In this document: piece by piece, positions 8,016-9,000 of the stretch
How the letters are laid out: each line of letters begins with the position of its first letter
Position numbering within the stretch: the first letter of the stretch is position 1
From: Takakia lepidozioides
Lineage: Eukaryota; Plantae; Bryophyta
Assembly: GCA_030704615.1 (NCBI GenBank)
Contig: JAKLZA010000124.1
Span: 1-9,000 of the forward strand
Direction: 5' to 3'
Length of the DNA: 9,000 bases
Position numbers and translations under genes: made by a program
Notes under the pieces: model-generated
Told to the model about the DNA's origin: nothing
The model's database searches: none
What the model saw: only the letters and a program-made list of their open reading frames with translations

Positions 8016-8075
8016 AAACTGTGAAGTGTTATGAACAAACCCACATAGAAGCAAAAATGCATCAAGAGACGCTAT

Positions 8076-9000
8076 TTATTTCTTTGGCCATCTGACCAAG
8101 TCTTTGTCCATCTCGTCACACAGCCAACTAATCATATGAGTACGGGAAGCTATCATGGTTGACTCGTTGAACCAACTTGCAGTAAACGCCCGCCTATGAC
8201 GGGTTCGATCTTCTGTGGTTTTCACATTGAACTTCCACTCCAAGTAAAATTGCACAAAACAAAGTGCATAAATAGCCGCACTCCCAACAGCTCCGTTGCT
8301 AGGGGACACTGGCCTCAAACCATTCCATCCTCTCCATGACGTAACTGAAGTCATCAGATCCAGGCATGAAATCAAAGAACGCTATGGCAAAATTTCGCAA
8401 AATTCCTTCAATGAGTTTGGGTCGGGCAATGGTTTTATGGGAGTCCAAATGTACTATCCGACCTCGGCGCTCTAAAACAACAACACTCCAGTGATCACTG
8501 CAACACAAACAAAGCCGTTACGTCAGAATAGAAAAAAACATCTCCAATGAAACCCATTGTGGTGTAACCCAGTGGTCGTTCTCAATGGAAACGTAAAACG
8601 CGGCAGACCCCATTCGATATCCATCCCGGAGTGTAACCCTTTGTACTGTAACTCTAAACGGTGTTACACAACTAGTCAGCAGTCACTAGTGCAACTTAGT
8701 CTAGAATAGAAGAGTGTAACCCAACATGCTCAGTCAACGCTGAAATTACTTACTCGAAGACAATAGGGATGACAACCACGTCCACAAGATCTCGATTCTT
8801 TGTGAACACCATCCCTCGGGCATCCTGAGTGTACCATTCTTGCACCAACCCGAATAGCGTCTGCAGATCGTTACCATTGGTACGCATGACATGCCATTGG
8901 AAAGGAGCACAGATGACAAACTCAGGTGCGATAGCCTTAAACAATTTGGCCTCCAGAAGTTTGTTGTAACCCGAGAGCAATGCATCTGTGACAGTTGCTC
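8076..9000 (-). pseudogene. Ulp1-like SUMO protease (peptidase C48) gene, 3' part, spliced, with a nonsense codon and a frameshift
   Basis: Exon >9000-8754 (GA|GTAAGT), intron 8753-8498, exon 8497-8076. Spliced product: VVVIPIVFDDHWSVVVL...IVHLDSH...SVP*QRSCWECG[+1 nt]IYALCFVQFYLEW...WFNESTMIASRTHMISWL. His 8493-8491, Asp 8445-8443, Cys 8280-8278 give the C48 triad order. TAG at 8301-8299 replaces the first Q of PQQ; one extra base near 8274. Confidence 0.85.

Overview
Eukaryotic genomic DNA, most likely from a land plant (GT-AG introns, AT-rich introns, C>T decay at both CG and CHG sites); the organism is an inference. Most ORF-track entries are exon fragments or repeat artefacts. By hand I assembled a 10-exon + strand gene (766..6417, about 1104 aa) with phase-consistent splice sites. 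It encodes an N-terminal ParB/Sulfiredoxin-like domain (WDGNHRLQAW), a basic NLS-like stretch and a C-terminal prokaryote-type beta-class amino-DNA methyltransferase (N6_N4_Mtase-like) with an atypical motif IV (DCPT). One frame break remains, near a G7 run at 4370-4376. Its 1.4-kb first intron is an array of CGCCGGCG-cored palindromes of up to 28 bp. Converging from the right is a spliced, doubly disabled Ulp1/C48 SUMO-protease-like gene; its intron and downstream region carry a second motif array (TGTAACCC). A tRNA-derived Pol III-type element lies upstream on the minus strand. The layout suggests the cargo region of a large DNA transposon with its own DNA-binding/DNA-modifying effector and candidate cis target arrays, reminiscent of the Arabidopsis VANDAL/VANC organisation. 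No transposase or element ends are visible in the window.
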